Shown here piece by piece: positions 11,815-22,522 of a stretch of DNA of 64,000 bases. A program made the position numbers and the translations under genes. This DNA comes from an uncultured bacterium. Its GTDB lineage: Bacteria > Chloroflexota > UBA5177 > JANWHV01. Position 1 is the first letter of the stretch, and each line of letters begins with the position of its first letter. A model generated the notes under the pieces. It saw nothing but the letters and a program-made list of their open reading frames with translations, did no database searches and was not told the DNA's origin. The DNA lies in assembly GCA_963827235.1 (NCBI GenBank), contig CAWHAE010000010.1, positions 224,001 through 288,000 of the forward strand. Reading direction: 5' to 3'.

Positions 11815-12660
11815 ATGAACGGATTGGCGAAGGTTGGGCTCTTTATCGATCTTGAAAACATCCGCTACGAACTGATCAAACGGGGCCGCGAATTCGATCC
11901 TCAACGGCTGATCCAAAAGGCTCGCAAGTATGGACTGGTAAAGGTCGCTTACGCGTACGCCGACTTCTCAAAGCAACCTGAGATGCTGCAGGGCAAGTTC
12001 GAAGCGGCGATGATCAAGCGCGTCGACGTGCCGCTACGGCAGCGTGACGACGGCAGGCTGCAGAGCTCCGCCGACCTGCACATGGTCATGGACATCTTCG
12101 AGACCGTGCTGTTCAACGACGATATTGAGACGTTCATTCTGGCCACCGGCGACAAAGACTTCACTCGTGTCAGCGCCATGCTGGTAAACAGGTTCGGCAA
12201 GCGGGTGATCATCTGCGGCGTGCCGGGCTCGATCAGCCAGGTACTGGTCGACAGCGCCACTACCATCGATCCACTGGATCCGGAGGAGCACAGCTTCGGC
12301 GAGCTGGAGATTCGAGTCGCCGGCTGGCTGGACTGGATGGCGGACCATTGGGACCACCCGATGTACATGGGGATCGTGCGTTACCTGTCCAGCAGCAGCA
12401 GGCCGGTCGGCCTCACGGTCGGCGAGGAAGATATTCGCGGCGTGCTCAACGTGTTCGTGCGGAACCAGATCATCTTCCAGGAGCCGATGGAGATGCCCGA
12501 CGGACAGGTACGGCAGGTGGTTCGCGTCAATCGCGAGCATCCGTTCGTGCTCGAGGCCGTAGCGCGCAGACGCCGCCTTGCTCCGGCAGGTCATGACGAA
12601 GAACAGCTTGAGGACGAAGGCGACCGCCGGAAAGCCGGACAGGACTTCGACGAGTCGTAG
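11815..12660 (+). CDS. NYN domain (LabA/DUF88) protein
   Basis: LFIDLENI, AYAYADF, SSADLHMVMD, ILATGDKDF, GKRVIICG. Confidence 0.88.
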   Translation: MNGLAKVGLFIDLENIRYELIKRGREFDPQRLIQKARKYGLVKVAYAYADFSKQPEMLQGKFEAAMIKRVDVPLRQRDDGRLQSSADLHMVMDIFETVLFNDDIETFILATGDKDFTRVSAMLVNRFGKRVIICGVPGSISQVLVDSATTIDPLDPEEHSFGELEIRVAGWLDWMADHWDHPMYMGIVRYLSSSSRPVGLTVGEEDIRGVLNVFVRNQIIFQEPMEMPDGQVRQVVRVNREHPFVLEAVARRRRLAPAGHDEEQLEDEGDRRKAGQDFDES

Positions 12661-12661
12661 C

Positions 12662-14080
12662 ATGGCCGTGCGCTCCTTCGAGCGCCTCGTGCTTGCCTCT
12701 TGCCGGGACGAACGACTGTTCGAGCCCGGTACGCGGGTTCTCGTCGCGGTATCCGGCGGACCCGACTCGCTCAGCCTGGTCCTCTGCCTGAAGGAGTTGC
12801 GGCGGCAGCTGGGCATCGACGTGACCGTGGCGCACGTACATCACGGATTGCGCCCGGGCGACGCCGAGCGAGACGAGGAATTCGTCGGCGAGCGCGCGCG
12901 GTTGATGGGCCTGGAGCTCGCCGTCGAGCGGGTCGACGTCCCGAGAGCGCGACTCGCCGGGGAATCCATCGAGGCCGCCGCGCGCAGGCTGCGCTACGCG
13001 GCGCTGCGCCGCCTCGCCGCCGACGCCGGGGCCGCCTGCATCGCGGTCGGGCATACGCTTGACGATCGTGCGGAGACGGTGCTGATCAATCTCGTGCGCG
13101 GAGCGGGTATCGACGGCCTGGCGGCCATGCGGGCGCGAGAGGCGGACATCGTGCGCCCGCTCCTGGCCGTCTCGAGACGGCAGGTCGAAGCCTACCTGGT
13201 CGCGCGGGGCGTCGTCGCGCGACTGGATGCCACCAACCTGGATCGCTCGTACCGCCGAAACGCGGTGCGGAGCGAGCTCATCCCGCTGCTGGAACGATAC
13301 AACCCCCGCATCCGCCGGACCCTGGCGCGCTCCGCGCAGGCGCTGGCGGCGGACGCCGACTATCTGGAGCACGAGGCTCGTCGCGCGATGGACGCGGCAC
13401 GTCTACCGTCCGCGGAGGGAACCGTGGCCCTGGACAGACACGCCGTGGCGCACCTCCATACGGGATTGCGCGCCCACGTGTTGAGGCGGGCCGTAGAGGC
13501 GGTCGCCGGATCGCTGGACGGCCTCGCCTGGGAGCACGTGGCCGCGCTTGATGGCCTGGTCACCGGTTCCGGCAGTCTGCAGTGCAGAAGTCTGCCTCAT
13601 GGCCTGGTAGCCGAGGCCGAAGGTGGCGCTCTGTTGCTTTACGTGCCGCCGGCCGGCGGCACGTATGCGCGCCCGGCACGGCCAGGGCCGGTCGTTCTGC
13701 CGGTGCCCGGCGTGGCGCGCTTCGGAGTGTGGACGATCCGCGCCGAGCTGTTGCCGGACCATGAGGGAGCGGAGACTCTGTGCCCGGAAGTCTCGCGCCA
13801 GGCCGTCCTGCTCGACCAGAGCGCGATCGCGCCGCCACTTCTCGTGCGCGGCCGCCTGCCCGGCGACCGCATAAGGCCCAAAGGCATGCAGGGACACCGC
13901 AAGCTGCAGGATATCCTGGTGGATGCAAAACTCGACAGGAGCGCCCGCGATTACGTGCCCATTGTCGCGGATCAGGCTGGGATTCTGTGGGTGGTCGGCT
14001 ACGCTCAGGAGGATCGCACGGTTTTCGCGGCAGGACCGTGCAAACTTGTGCGGCTGAGCGCGGTGTGCGAGACGCCGTGA
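12662..14080 (+). CDS. tilS: tRNA(Ile)-lysidine synthetase
   Basis: VAVSGGPDS, HVHHGLR, EAAARRLRY, GHTLDDRAET, IVRPLL, RN.VR, TilS_C RxPGDRI...RKLQDILVD. Confidence 0.96.
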   Translation: MAVRSFERLVLASCRDERLFEPGTRVLVAVSGGPDSLSLVLCLKELRRQLGIDVTVAHVHHGLRPGDAERDEEFVGERARLMGLELAVERVDVPRARLAGESIEAAARRLRYAALRRLAADAGAACIAVGHTLDDRAETVLINLVRGAGIDGLAAMRAREADIVRPLLAVSRRQVEAYLVARGVVARLDATNLDRSYRRNAVRSELIPLLERYNPRIRRTLARSAQALAADADYLEHEARRAMDAARLPSAEGTVALDRHAVAHLHTGLRAHVLRRAVEAVAGSLDGLAWEHVAALDGLVTGSGSLQCRSLPHGLVAEAEGGALLLYVPPAGGTYARPARPGPVVLPVPGVARFGVWTIRAELLPDHEGAETLCPEVSRQAVLLDQSAIAPPLLVRGRLPGDRIRPKGMQGHRKLQDILVDAKLDRSARDYVPIVADQAGILWVVGYAQEDRTVFAAGPCKLVRLSAVCETP

Positions 14081-14131
14081 CCTCCTGAATGTCATGCCGG
14101 GTTGAATAGGTGGATTCTGTCATACTGTGCC
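13780..14131 (+). repeat. Direct repeat copy 1: tilS 3' end plus downstream ~50 bp
   Basis: Aligns by eye to 23018-23368 at roughly 93-94% identity. Confidence 0.95.
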
Positions 14132-14160
14132 AGTCCACAACAGGCAGCAACGTCGACGAC

Positions 14161-14192
14161 AATCCCCCGGCTTGTCCTGAAACCGGGGGATT
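14161..14192. terminator. Hairpin between tilS and the convergent MCP gene
   Basis: aatcccccgg-N12-ccgggggatt, a perfect 10-bp inverted repeat. Confidence 0.55.
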
Positions 14193-14358
14193 CCGTCTAT
14201 TCATGGTCAGGCCAGATTGGCCGAGGTCTCGGTCGAGTCTTACCCGAGCGACGATCCGGACCGTGCCGTAGCGGGTGGAGAGTCGTCGACATGACGACAC
14301 AGTCTCGCCCGTTCGCTCGGCTACAGCACATGTACTCGCGCGCATTCGGGTGACTGGC

Positions 14359-16560
14359 TCAGGCTTGCCGTGCTCGTTCCGCACGCGCGAGCGGCGACCC
14401 CCAGTCGCTCTCCCGCCGCCGCGGCACGACGGACTCGCGCTCTCGGGCCGTGTCACCGCTGCTTTGCAGCACGAATCGGCCGACCAGCTCCTGGAGCTGG
14501 TTCGCCAGCGCCGCCAGCTCTTGGGCCCCGGCAGCCATCTCCTCCACCGAGGCCGTCTGCTCCTCCGTGGAGGCGCTCACTTCCTCCGAGCTCGCTGCGC
14601 TCTCCTCGCTCACGGCTGCGATGCTCTCGATCGCGGCGGCGACCTGCTCGGAGCTAGCGCGCAGTAGCTTGCTCGTTTCCACGGTCTGCTGTGCCACCTC
14701 CGACACCTGCTCCGCGGCAGCAGACACCTGTCCGACGCTTCCGCCCATCTGCTCGACGGCGACGCCGATGGTCTGCACCTGGGTAGCTGTCCTCCCCACG
14801 CCGCTGAGGATGCTCTCCAGCGCGCTCCCCGCCTGCTGGCCCAGGCCGGCGCTGCGCGCCACTTCTGCGTCGCCCTCCTCCATGGCCTTGACCACGTCCC
14901 TGACCTGCGCCTGGATCCTGGCGATGCGTTGCGTGATCTCCTTGGTTTCGCTCGACGCGCGCTCGGCCAGCTTCCGAACCTCGGCGGCTACCACCGTGAA
15001 GCCCTTGCCATGCTCACCGGCCCGAGCCGCCTCGATTGCCGCGTTCAGTGCGAGCAAGTTGGTCTGCTCGGCGATGTCGTCGATGGCCTCCACGATCTGG
15101 CCGATCTGCCGGCTGCTCTCGCCCAGGGCGTTGACCTGCTCGGCGGAGCGGGCCACCGCAGCGCGCACCGAGGCGATGGACGCGATGGTCTGCCGTACCG
15201 CCTCACCGCCGTCTCGTGCCGCGCCCGCCGCCTGTTCGGCTTCGCCGGTCACCGCGACGACCTGCGTGGTGGTGGTAGCAAGCGCAGCGCGCAGTTCGTC
15301 GAGGGCTTGGGTCGTCTGGTCGCCGGCACGAACCAGGGCGTCTGCACCGGTGGCCAGCTGCTCGAATTGCTGGGCCACGGCGGCGACCTGCACGGTAGCC
15401 TCGGTGGCACTCCTGCTCTGCTCGGAGTTGCCGCGCGCTACCTCCTCGATCGCGCGAGCGATCTGCGTGCTGGCTTGACCAATCTGCTGGCTGGCCTGAG
15501 CCAGTTGCGCGCTGCCACGGTCAACCTCATCGGCACTCTTGGCCACACTGCCGATGAGCGCCCGCATGGTCTCGGTCATTCGTGCGAACGAGGTGCCGAG
15601 CGTGTCGTTGGCGGACCGCGCCGCAACCTGAACAGTCAGGTCGCCTTCGGCGATGCGGTTCGCCGTCGCGGCGAGCGACTGCATGTACTCAATGGTGTGC
15701 CGGAAAGCATCCGCCAACCGGCCGATCTCATCGTGCCGCTCGATCGCGATGGTCTGCTCCACGTTGCCGACGGACAGATTGGACGCGACCTCAGCCATGC
15801 GCGCGAGCAAGCGAATCGGCCGGGTAAACAGGAGCGTCGCTCCTACGACGGTGAGCATCAGCGCGATCGCGGCAAGCACGATATGCCACGTGGCGGCGGA
15901 GATCTGGGCGTTCATCTGGGCGAGCGAGAGGCCGACGCGGAAGCCGCCCCAGTGTTGGCCATCAACGTATATCGGCGACGAGATGTCCCATATGAGCTCG
16001 CCGGTGTCCTTGCGGTAGTTCTGCACCAGGACTGTCTGCGTGTTCTTGGCCACGCCCTGGCCCACCGGATCGGTGAAGATGCGCTTGGTGCGGTTATCCG
16101 CGAGGTCCGTCTGGTAGTTGCCGGTGAGCGGCTTCGAGAACGCCGAGTTGTGGGTCGGCACGTAGCCGTTGATGTCCTCGGCAATGGCGTAGGCAACGTC
16201 CGCGTCATTCCGGAAGACGTCCTCGTCCTTCTGGATGGCTCCATCCAGCAAGCGGTCGTATGCCGTGTGGTACTTCTTGGGGTTCGTGTTCGGGACCGGC
16301 ACGTAGCGGGTGTCAAATGCCTGGACGCTCGTCAGTTGGCGCCTGGCGATGGCGGCCTCGAGGACCGAGCTTACGGTCTGGGCGCCGCTCTGCGCCATGA
16401 TCTCGCCTTTGGCTCTATACGAATCCTGCAACGCGCTCGACTGCACCTGAATGTCGTAGACGACGAATGCCACGAGCAGGACCGCCAGGCTGCCCATCAC
16501 TAGCAGCGCCACCTTACGCTGCAGGCTACTACCAAACCAGTATGTAAGTCTGCCGATCAT
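14359..16560 (-). CDS. Methyl-accepting chemotaxis protein (2 TM, extracellular sensor, HAMP x2, signalling domain)
   Basis: [39 protein letters not shown] hairpin; [12 protein letters not shown]; GGAGG RBS. Confidence 0.95.
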   Translation of the reverse strand: MIGRLTYWFGSSLQRKVALLVMGSLAVLLVAFVVYDIQVQSSALQDSYRAKGEIMAQSGAQTVSSVLEAAIARRQLTSVQAFDTRYVPVPNTNPKKYHTAYDRLLDGAIQKDEDVFRNDADVAYAIAEDINGYVPTHNSAFSKPLTGNYQTDLADNRTKRIFTDPVGQGVAKNTQTVLVQNYRKDTGELIWDISSPIYVDGQHWGGFRVGLSLAQMNAQISAATWHIVLAAIALMLTVVGATLLFTRPIRLLARMAEVASNLSVGNVEQTIAIERHDEIGRLADAFRHTIEYMQSLAATANRIAEGDLTVQVAARSANDTLGTSFARMTETMRALIGSVAKSADEVDRGSAQLAQASQQIGQASTQIARAIEEVARGNSEQSRSATEATVQVAAVAQQFEQLATGADALVRAGDQTTQALDELRAALATTTTQVVAVTGEAEQAAGAARDGGEAVRQTIASIASVRAAVARSAEQVNALGESSRQIGQIVEAIDDIAEQTNLLALNAAIEAARAGEHGKGFTVVAAEVRKLAERASSETKEITQRIARIQAQVRDVVKAMEEGDAEVARSAGLGQQAGSALESILSGVGRTATQVQTIGVAVEQMGGSVGQVSAAAEQVSEVAQQTVETSKLLRASSEQVAAAIESIAAVSEESAASSEEVSASTEEQTASVEEMAAGAQELAALANQLQELVGRFVLQSSGDTARERESVVPRRRESDWGSPLARAERARQA

Positions 16561-16664
16561 CGCCGCCTCCCGAAGCACAGTGTTCCTGTTCCCCTCGTCC
16601 AATCAGGCCAGAGAATGCCAGGTGTCTCGCCGCACTCACTGCTAGCATTCCAGTCTGCTATCAC

Positions 16665-16691
16665 TATTCGGCACTTCCGCTCATTTCTTGA
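16665..16691 (-). promoter_or_regulatory. Putative sigma-28 (FliA/WhiG) promoter for the MCP gene
   Basis: Minus strand TCAA-N15-GCCGAATA, against consensus TAAA-N15-GCCGATAA, ~105 bp upstream of the start. Confidence 0.6.
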
Positions 16692-17126
16692 GTCGTTGGC
16701 CCGACCGTCGCGGTACCCAATCCACGCGAGGGGGCCACGTAGAGAGATCAGGCAGATTCCATGCCGGGCACACCCGCCGTGTGACGCATCTCCCGGTGAC
16801 CTGGGCACAACCTCCTCGCTGGTGGCGCCAGACTCCGGTGGCCGAGACGACCGAGACATGGCATGAATGTCGGCAGCCTGCTCGCTCTCCAAGTGCCGGT
16901 TGGCCCGCCAAAGGACCTGGGCCCTCAGTCGTTTGCACTCCAGCGGACTTGCCAGCCACAGCATGTAGTCGTTCGCGACGCCGAGTATGACGTGCAGGTA
17001 GCCGCGGCAGATAGCACCCTGGCAGGGCCGGATCTGCCGAGCAGGCCGGCACTCGGCGAAAGACGATGACGGCCGTAAAGCGTGTTCCCCTGGCATGCAC
17101 CCAGTGCAGAACCCAACCGAACGATG

Positions 17127-18664
17127 TCAAGACTGCGCAGGCAGCGGGAGTATGAGGCGAAAGACGCTACCAGCAGGGCCACTCGATGCAAGCTCCAGGT
17201 CACCACCCATGGCACGCGCCAGACTGCTGGTCGAGAGCAAGCGAGCGAATATCTGTGTCGGACATGCCCTCGGCAACGCCAAGCGCTCTCGTGATCTGAC
17301 GCGTGCGAACGTCCAGCGCCCGCAGGCCCTGACGCTCAGTCGCAACCCAGAGCTGTTGCGCTCCCACCGGGCACATACAGGCAACGTCCGCCGCGAAGTC
17401 ACCCAGCAGGTGCGCACGCTCTTCCATCGTGGGAGGGTCCAGACAATACACCCCCCGGCGGCGGACGCCCACCCAGAGCTGCCCGAGTTGGTCACGGCAG
17501 AGCGACCAAACTGTCTCCTTCTGGAGGGCCGTGGGCAAGCCGGGAAGCGCCGTCCTGCGACCCTCGGTCTTGTCGATGCCGCTCAGCCCGTCCGCCGTCC
17601 CTAGCCAGAGGCGATCAGAGCTGTCGTCAGCAAAGGCCCACGCTAGGCTCCGGTCCGGAACGTCTGGATCGCCAAGGGTACGTGCCAGCAGTCTCGTGGT
17701 CGCCAGCAGCGCAAGTCCTGCGTCGGTGTCGGCCCACAACACGCCCGTCGCTGTCGGCATGCAACGCCAGAATACCTGCCGCGGGTAGACCGTCCGGCTG
17801 CCCACACGAGTCACAGAGGGCACCGCAAGCGTAGGCATACGCACCCTGACGCGTTCCGAGCCACAATCGGCCCTGGCGATCAGCGCACATCTCGTCGATG
17901 GGCGTACCGCAGTTCCACGTGACCGACACGCTCACTGCTCTCTCGTAGCCGGCCTCTGCGCGAAGGAGATCGCCGTTGCGGAGGCCCACCCAGATGTTCC
18001 CGTCGCCATCCAGGGCCAGGCTCTGCACCGGGTCCGAGACGGCGTCGGGGTCGGCGAGAAGGCTGCGATCCAGTGTGCTGCCGGCCATGACGGCGAGGCC
18101 GCAATCCGTGCCTATCCAGAGGCGGCCGAGCGCGTCCTGACAGAGTGCCTTGACCTCCGGGGCAGGCAGCCCGTCACGCTCGTCGAGGCAGCGTATCACC
18201 ATGCCATGCTCGATGAGGGCCAATCCGGCCTTTGTGCCGACCCACAAAGTCCCTCGCTGGTCCGTGCACAGGGCACGAATTGTGTTGTCCGGCAGACCGT
18301 GCGCCTGCGTCACTCGTTGTTCGAGCTGAGGCCCGGCAATTCCCAGAGTGACGAGAGCGAGGCCCTGACCAACCGTGCCCATCCACAGCGCCTGGTCACC
18401 GTCGAAGCAGAAGCGACGCACAAGGCACCCCTGTAGCGCTGCCAGGGCGGGCAGGGATGCACCTACCAAGCCGTCAAAGAGCAACGGGCCATGCTGCGTC
18501 CCTACCCACAGGTAACCCCGTGCGTCCTGGGCAAGGGCCGTGACGGGTCGGGCGGGGAGGTCGCGCAGATCGCGCGAGTTGGCCAGATCCAGCGGATCCA
18601 CGCAGAGGTGGACACGGCCCGAGCGGAGGATCCGAAGCACCGACGACCCTGGACCGTCCTGCAT
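17127..18664 (-). pseudogene. Disrupted two-component regulator propeller / histidine kinase sensor
   Basis: Repeated DxxGxLWVGT / GLPxxxI propeller blades; frameshift near 17737; abrupt junction near 17225 to a HATPase tail (LARAMGGDLELASSGPAGSVFRLILP). Confidence 0.75.
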
Positions 18665-19135
18665 GGGGCAGAAAACCTACCTTCTCTTCGCGACTGATGT
18701 GGCGGCGATTCTACTGCAGTTCCGCATGTTCAGACGTGTTATCCCCAGACCGGCGGCAGGACGTGGGAGGAACCACATGGCCGCGCCAGCCTGGCCTGGG
18801 CTCTAGAGGACACTGCGCGGGTGACGACGGGGAGTGGCGCGCGTTGGATATGCAGGTGCGCATCCGCTCGAATGACTTCCAAACCATTTCCGCCAGCGTC
18901 CGCCGCTTCATCGCTGGTTCTTGTTCGGCGCGGACGTCACCCAGTTCACACGCAGAGCACAGACCGCCAACTGGGCCAGTACCTATTTCCTAAAGGCTAT
19001 AGTCCGATCGGGTAGTGCGCCCGGCAGGCCGTTCACCTACGATCATGACTGCGGCTGAGCACGAACACGGGCGCGAGAGTGCGGGCAGGCACCGGCTCGT
19101 GTTCGAGGGGCACAGCCAGAACAGGAGAACGCAGC

Positions 19136-19666
19136 GTGAATCACAGGAGAGCCGGCACACGAGCACTGGCCAGCATTGCCATGCTCGTGGCCGGTCTCGT
19201 AGCCTCAGGGGGTCTGGTGCACAACGCCCACGCGGCGGTAGCCAGCCGCCGTGACCCCGTCTTCACCATCACCGGGAGCAGCGGCGGCACCGCGATCTCG
19301 GCCACCGTCACCCTCGGCGTCACCGTCAGCGCCAGCGGCAGCAGCATCAGCGGCATCACCTACGTCGTGCACGGTCCCAGCGGCACCAAGGTCACGAACA
19401 CTGTCGACAGCGGCGATACAATCAGCGGTCCGGAGTCGGTCACCTACATCGCCGATCTGACGACGAACAAATTCACCACCAGCACCACCGTCAGCACCAC
19501 GAATGGGAACGTCCCGGTCACCGTGGCGGCGACACTGAGTGAAACGGTCGGAACCAGCACCAAGATCAGCGCCGCCACCAGCGTCAGCGGCACCAGCAAC
19601 GTAGTCCTCACCAGCAGCCTGGGCAGCGGCGGAACATACAGTCCCAACGCAGTATGGGGTTCCTGA
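19136..19666 (+). CDS. Secreted Ser/Thr/Gly-rich beta protein ending in YSPNAVWGS
   Basis: AGGAG RBS, GTG start, signal peptide ending in AHA, beta-rich body. Confidence 0.7.
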   Translation: MNHRRAGTRALASIAMLVAGLVASGGLVHNAHAAVASRRDPVFTITGSSGGTAISATVTLGVTVSASGSSISGITYVVHGPSGTKVTNTVDSGDTISGPESVTYIADLTTNKFTTSTTVSTTNGNVPVTVAATLSETVGTSTKISAATSVSGTSNVVLTSSLGSGGTYSPNAVWGS

Positions 19667-19723
19667 CGGCGAGCAGCGCATCGCACCACCAGCCACAGAC
19701 GGCATTAAGCGGACAGATCTCCT

Positions 19724-19749
19724 GGGGCGGGGCCAACAAGCCCCGCCCC
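19724..19749 (+). terminator. GC hairpin between the secreted-protein gene and the GGDEF/HD-GYP gene
   Basis: ggggcggggc-caacaa-gccccgcccc; no U-tract. Confidence 0.45.
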
Positions 19750-19774
19750 AACCGGTAGCGAAGGATCGGCAGCC

Positions 19775-22522
19775 TTGTCAGCCACGGCCAAGGCCTACGT
19801 CGGCGGCATGATCGCTGCAGGCCTCCTGCTCACCCTGCTGGTGGCGCTCACTCCGCAACACTACTCGGCCGGTCCAGGCATCTGGGCCACCTTCGCCGCG
19901 CTGACCCTGCTGGCCACCGCGAGCCAGCTGTTCAAGGTAGAAGCGCCTAACCATGTGCTCTTCTACACCACGCCGATCTTCCTGTTCGCCGGGGTGCTGC
20001 TGCTGCCGCCAGTGCTCATCGTGCTGCTCGTCATCATCCCCTACCTCGTGGCATGGGCCAAAGAGCGTCTGTCGAACAGCCCACACTACCGCGCCTGGTA
20101 CCTGCAACCGTTCAATATGGCCATGAACTCCATCACCGGGCTCGTCAGCTACTGCCTGTACACCCAACTCTGCATGGGGCTGAGCGGCAACGCAGCGACG
20201 GCCGGCGCGATTGCGGGTATCGCGGCGGCCTTGGCATACGTCCTGATCAACCACATCATCCTGTCCCTGGCCCTGGTGCTGGCCCGCGATATCCCCTGGC
20301 GCGAAACGAGCCTCCACAACATCTCCAGCCTGCTGAATGACGTGGTACTCAACTGCCTGGGGCTGATCGTGGCCACCCTCTGGGGCAATCATACGTTGCT
20401 GCTTATCCCGGCATTGGCACCAGTGGTGTTGATGTACCAGGCCCTGATGATCCCGCAGCTCAAGCACATGGCTGCCATCGACAGCAAGACGGGACTGGCC
20501 AACGCCGGACACTTCACCAGCCTGTTCACGGCCGAATTGCACCGGGCAACGCGCTTTAGCCGTCCGCTCGCGGTGATCATGGCCGATCTGGACCTGCTGC
20601 GCCACGTCAACAACACGTACGGCCACCTGGCCGGTGACGCCGTCCTGGCGGGGATCGGCCAGATTCTTCGGGACACCATCCGCGAGTACGACATCGGCGG
20701 CCGCTTCGGCGGTGAAGAGTTCACCATCGTGGCGCCGGAAACCGACGCCGAGGAGGCAGTACTGCTGGCCGAACGCCTGCGCAGCGCCGTGGCCGAAGCC
20801 CACTTTGCAGTCCCCACATCCAGCCAGCCGCTCAGCGTGACCATGAGTCTGGGCGTGGCCTGCTACCCAGTCGACGGTACCAGCACAGACGAACTGATCT
20901 TCGCCGCCGATATGGCTGTCTACGCGGCAAAAACCGGCGGCCGGAACGCCGTCGTCCGCACGAGCGACCTCACATGGGACCAACGGGTGATGCAGCCGCC
21001 GCCACAAGCGAACGGGTCCATGAGCCAACAGAGCGTGACGGGCTACCCGGCACCGCCGCCGATCGCGGTTGTCCCGCGCAACGTCGGGCTGGCAGATGCA
21101 CCGGAGAGCAACGAGACAGCAATCCCGGCAGTCAAGACCACAGATCGCGCGAAGCAGCAGCAGACACCCACCGCTGGCAGCGGGCGTCACGAGCACAGCA
21201 GGCGAATCTGGCAACGACTCAGCAGGCTTATCCCACAACCCGCGATCGCCCTGGTCACCACACTCTTTGCACTACTGGCCGCCTGGTCAGCGCTGCGTGG
21301 GCCGGTCGACTGGCTGGGAGATCGCTCCATCGGCAGCCCGCTGGAAGCGGCGGCCCTCGCGGCGGCCATCGTCGTAGCCTACCAGTATCCCATCCACATT
21401 CGCCTCCACATGAAGGTCCAGCTCTCGACCATGGTCTACTACTGGATGGCCGTGCTGCTGCCACTGCCACTCGCCATCACGGCCGCGGCGCTCGGCACGC
21501 TGGCAGGCGAAGTCTCCGTCCGCACGCAACGCACCCTCTACCCGAGCGACATTGTCACGGCGGCGAGTCGCTGGCTCCTCATCGTGCTGCTGGGAAACCT
21601 GATCGTGCACTGCAACGGTGGTGCACGCCCGGACGTTATTCTCCTGGCCGGAGCCGGACTGGCACTCTGGGGCGGTGACTGTCTCACCCTACCCCTGATC
21701 CTGGCGCCGATCACCGGAGAGCAACCACTTCGTGTGCTCCGCACGCTCGTCCGCGAGACGGCGACAGCGGACGGCATCCAGTACCTGCTGGGGTTCCTGG
21801 GTGTGTTGGTCTCCGAGCAAGCAAGCTGGGCGCTGGTACTCTTCGCCGTGCCGGCCGCCCTGGTGTACCAGGCAACGACACACCTGCACAACGTCCAGGA
21901 TTCGACGCACCGACTCCTGGAATGTATGGCCGACACGGTCGATCTGCGCGATCCGTGTACGGGAGGCCACTCCCGCCGGGTCGAAACGTACTGCCAGCGG
22001 ATTCTGGGTGAGTTAGGGATCTGCGGACCGGACAAAGAGCTGATCCTGTCTGCCGCCAGAGTACACGACATCGGCAAAATCGGCATTCCCGACTCTATCC
22101 TCAACAAGCCCGGAGCGCTGACCACGACCGAGTTCAACATGATGAAAACACATCCGGGTCGAGGCGCGGAGGTGTTGGCGCGTCACCAGGACTTCGTGCG
22201 CGGCGTGGCGATCGTGCGCCACCACCACGAAGCGTGGAACGGCAGCGGCTACCCGCACGGACTCAAGGGTGTGGCCATTCCCTTCGGCGCGCGGGTGCTG
22301 GCCGTGGCCGATAGCTTCGATGCCATGACCAGCGACCGACCGTACCGTCCCGGCATGTCCGCAGCCAGAGCGGCGAGCATCCTGCGACAGGGCCGCGGCC
22401 AGCAGTGGGATCCGGACATCGTCGACGCGCTGCTGCGCAGCACCGTGATGGAACTGGCAAACGGAGAAGAGCAACTGTCCGCTGTGCCCAGCAGCCTGTT
22501 GCCAGCCCGCAGCGTCAGCTAG
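19775..22522 (+). CDS. Membrane diguanylate cyclase / HD-GYP phosphodiesterase with two multi-TM modules
   Basis: Order: TM module, DSKTGL...NNTYGHLAGD...RFGGEEF, linker, second TM module, GHSRRV...HDIGK...HHHEAWNGSGYP. Confidence 0.9.
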   Translation: MSATAKAYVGGMIAAGLLLTLLVALTPQHYSAGPGIWATFAALTLLATASQLFKVEAPNHVLFYTTPIFLFAGVLLLPPVLIVLLVIIPYLVAWAKERLSNSPHYRAWYLQPFNMAMNSITGLVSYCLYTQLCMGLSGNAATAGAIAGIAAALAYVLINHIILSLALVLARDIPWRETSLHNISSLLNDVVLNCLGLIVATLWGNHTLLLIPALAPVVLMYQALMIPQLKHMAAIDSKTGLANAGHFTSLFTAELHRATRFSRPLAVIMADLDLLRHVNNTYGHLAGDAVLAGIGQILRDTIREYDIGGRFGGEEFTIVAPETDAEEAVLLAERLRSAVAEAHFAVPTSSQPLSVTMSLGVACYPVDGTSTDELIFAADMAVYAAKTGGRNAVVRTSDLTWDQRVMQPPPQANGSMSQQSVTGYPAPPPIAVVPRNVGLADAPESNETAIPAVKTTDRAKQQQTPTAGSGRHEHSRRIWQRLSRLIPQPAIALVTTLFALLAAWSALRGPVDWLGDRSIGSPLEAAALAAAIVVAYQYPIHIRLHMKVQLSTMVYYWMAVLLPLPLAITAAALGTLAGEVSVRTQRTLYPSDIVTAASRWLLIVLLGNLIVHCNGGARPDVILLAGAGLALWGGDCLTLPLILAPITGEQPLRVLRTLVRETATADGIQYLLGFLGVLVSEQASWALVLFAVPAALVYQATTHLHNVQDSTHRLLECMADTVDLRDPCTGGHSRRVETYCQRILGELGICGPDKELILSAARVHDIGKIGIPDSILNKPGALTTTEFNMMKTHPGRGAEVLARHQDFVRGVAIVRHHHEAWNGSGYPHGLKGVAIPFGARVLAVADSFDAMTSDRPYRPGMSAARAASILRQGRGQQWDPDIVDALLRSTVMELANGEEQLSAVPSSLLPARSVS

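Noticed and set aside
14450-16503. Long antisense/shadow ORFs (also 6988-8226, 19778-21238, 23408-24808, 29677-31260, 43220-44293)
   Set aside because: Overlap well-supported genes; expected stop-poor frames in high-GC DNA
18711-18911. Small 66-aa ORF between the propeller gene and the secreted protein
   Set aside because: Weak RBS and no recognisable motif; cannot be supported
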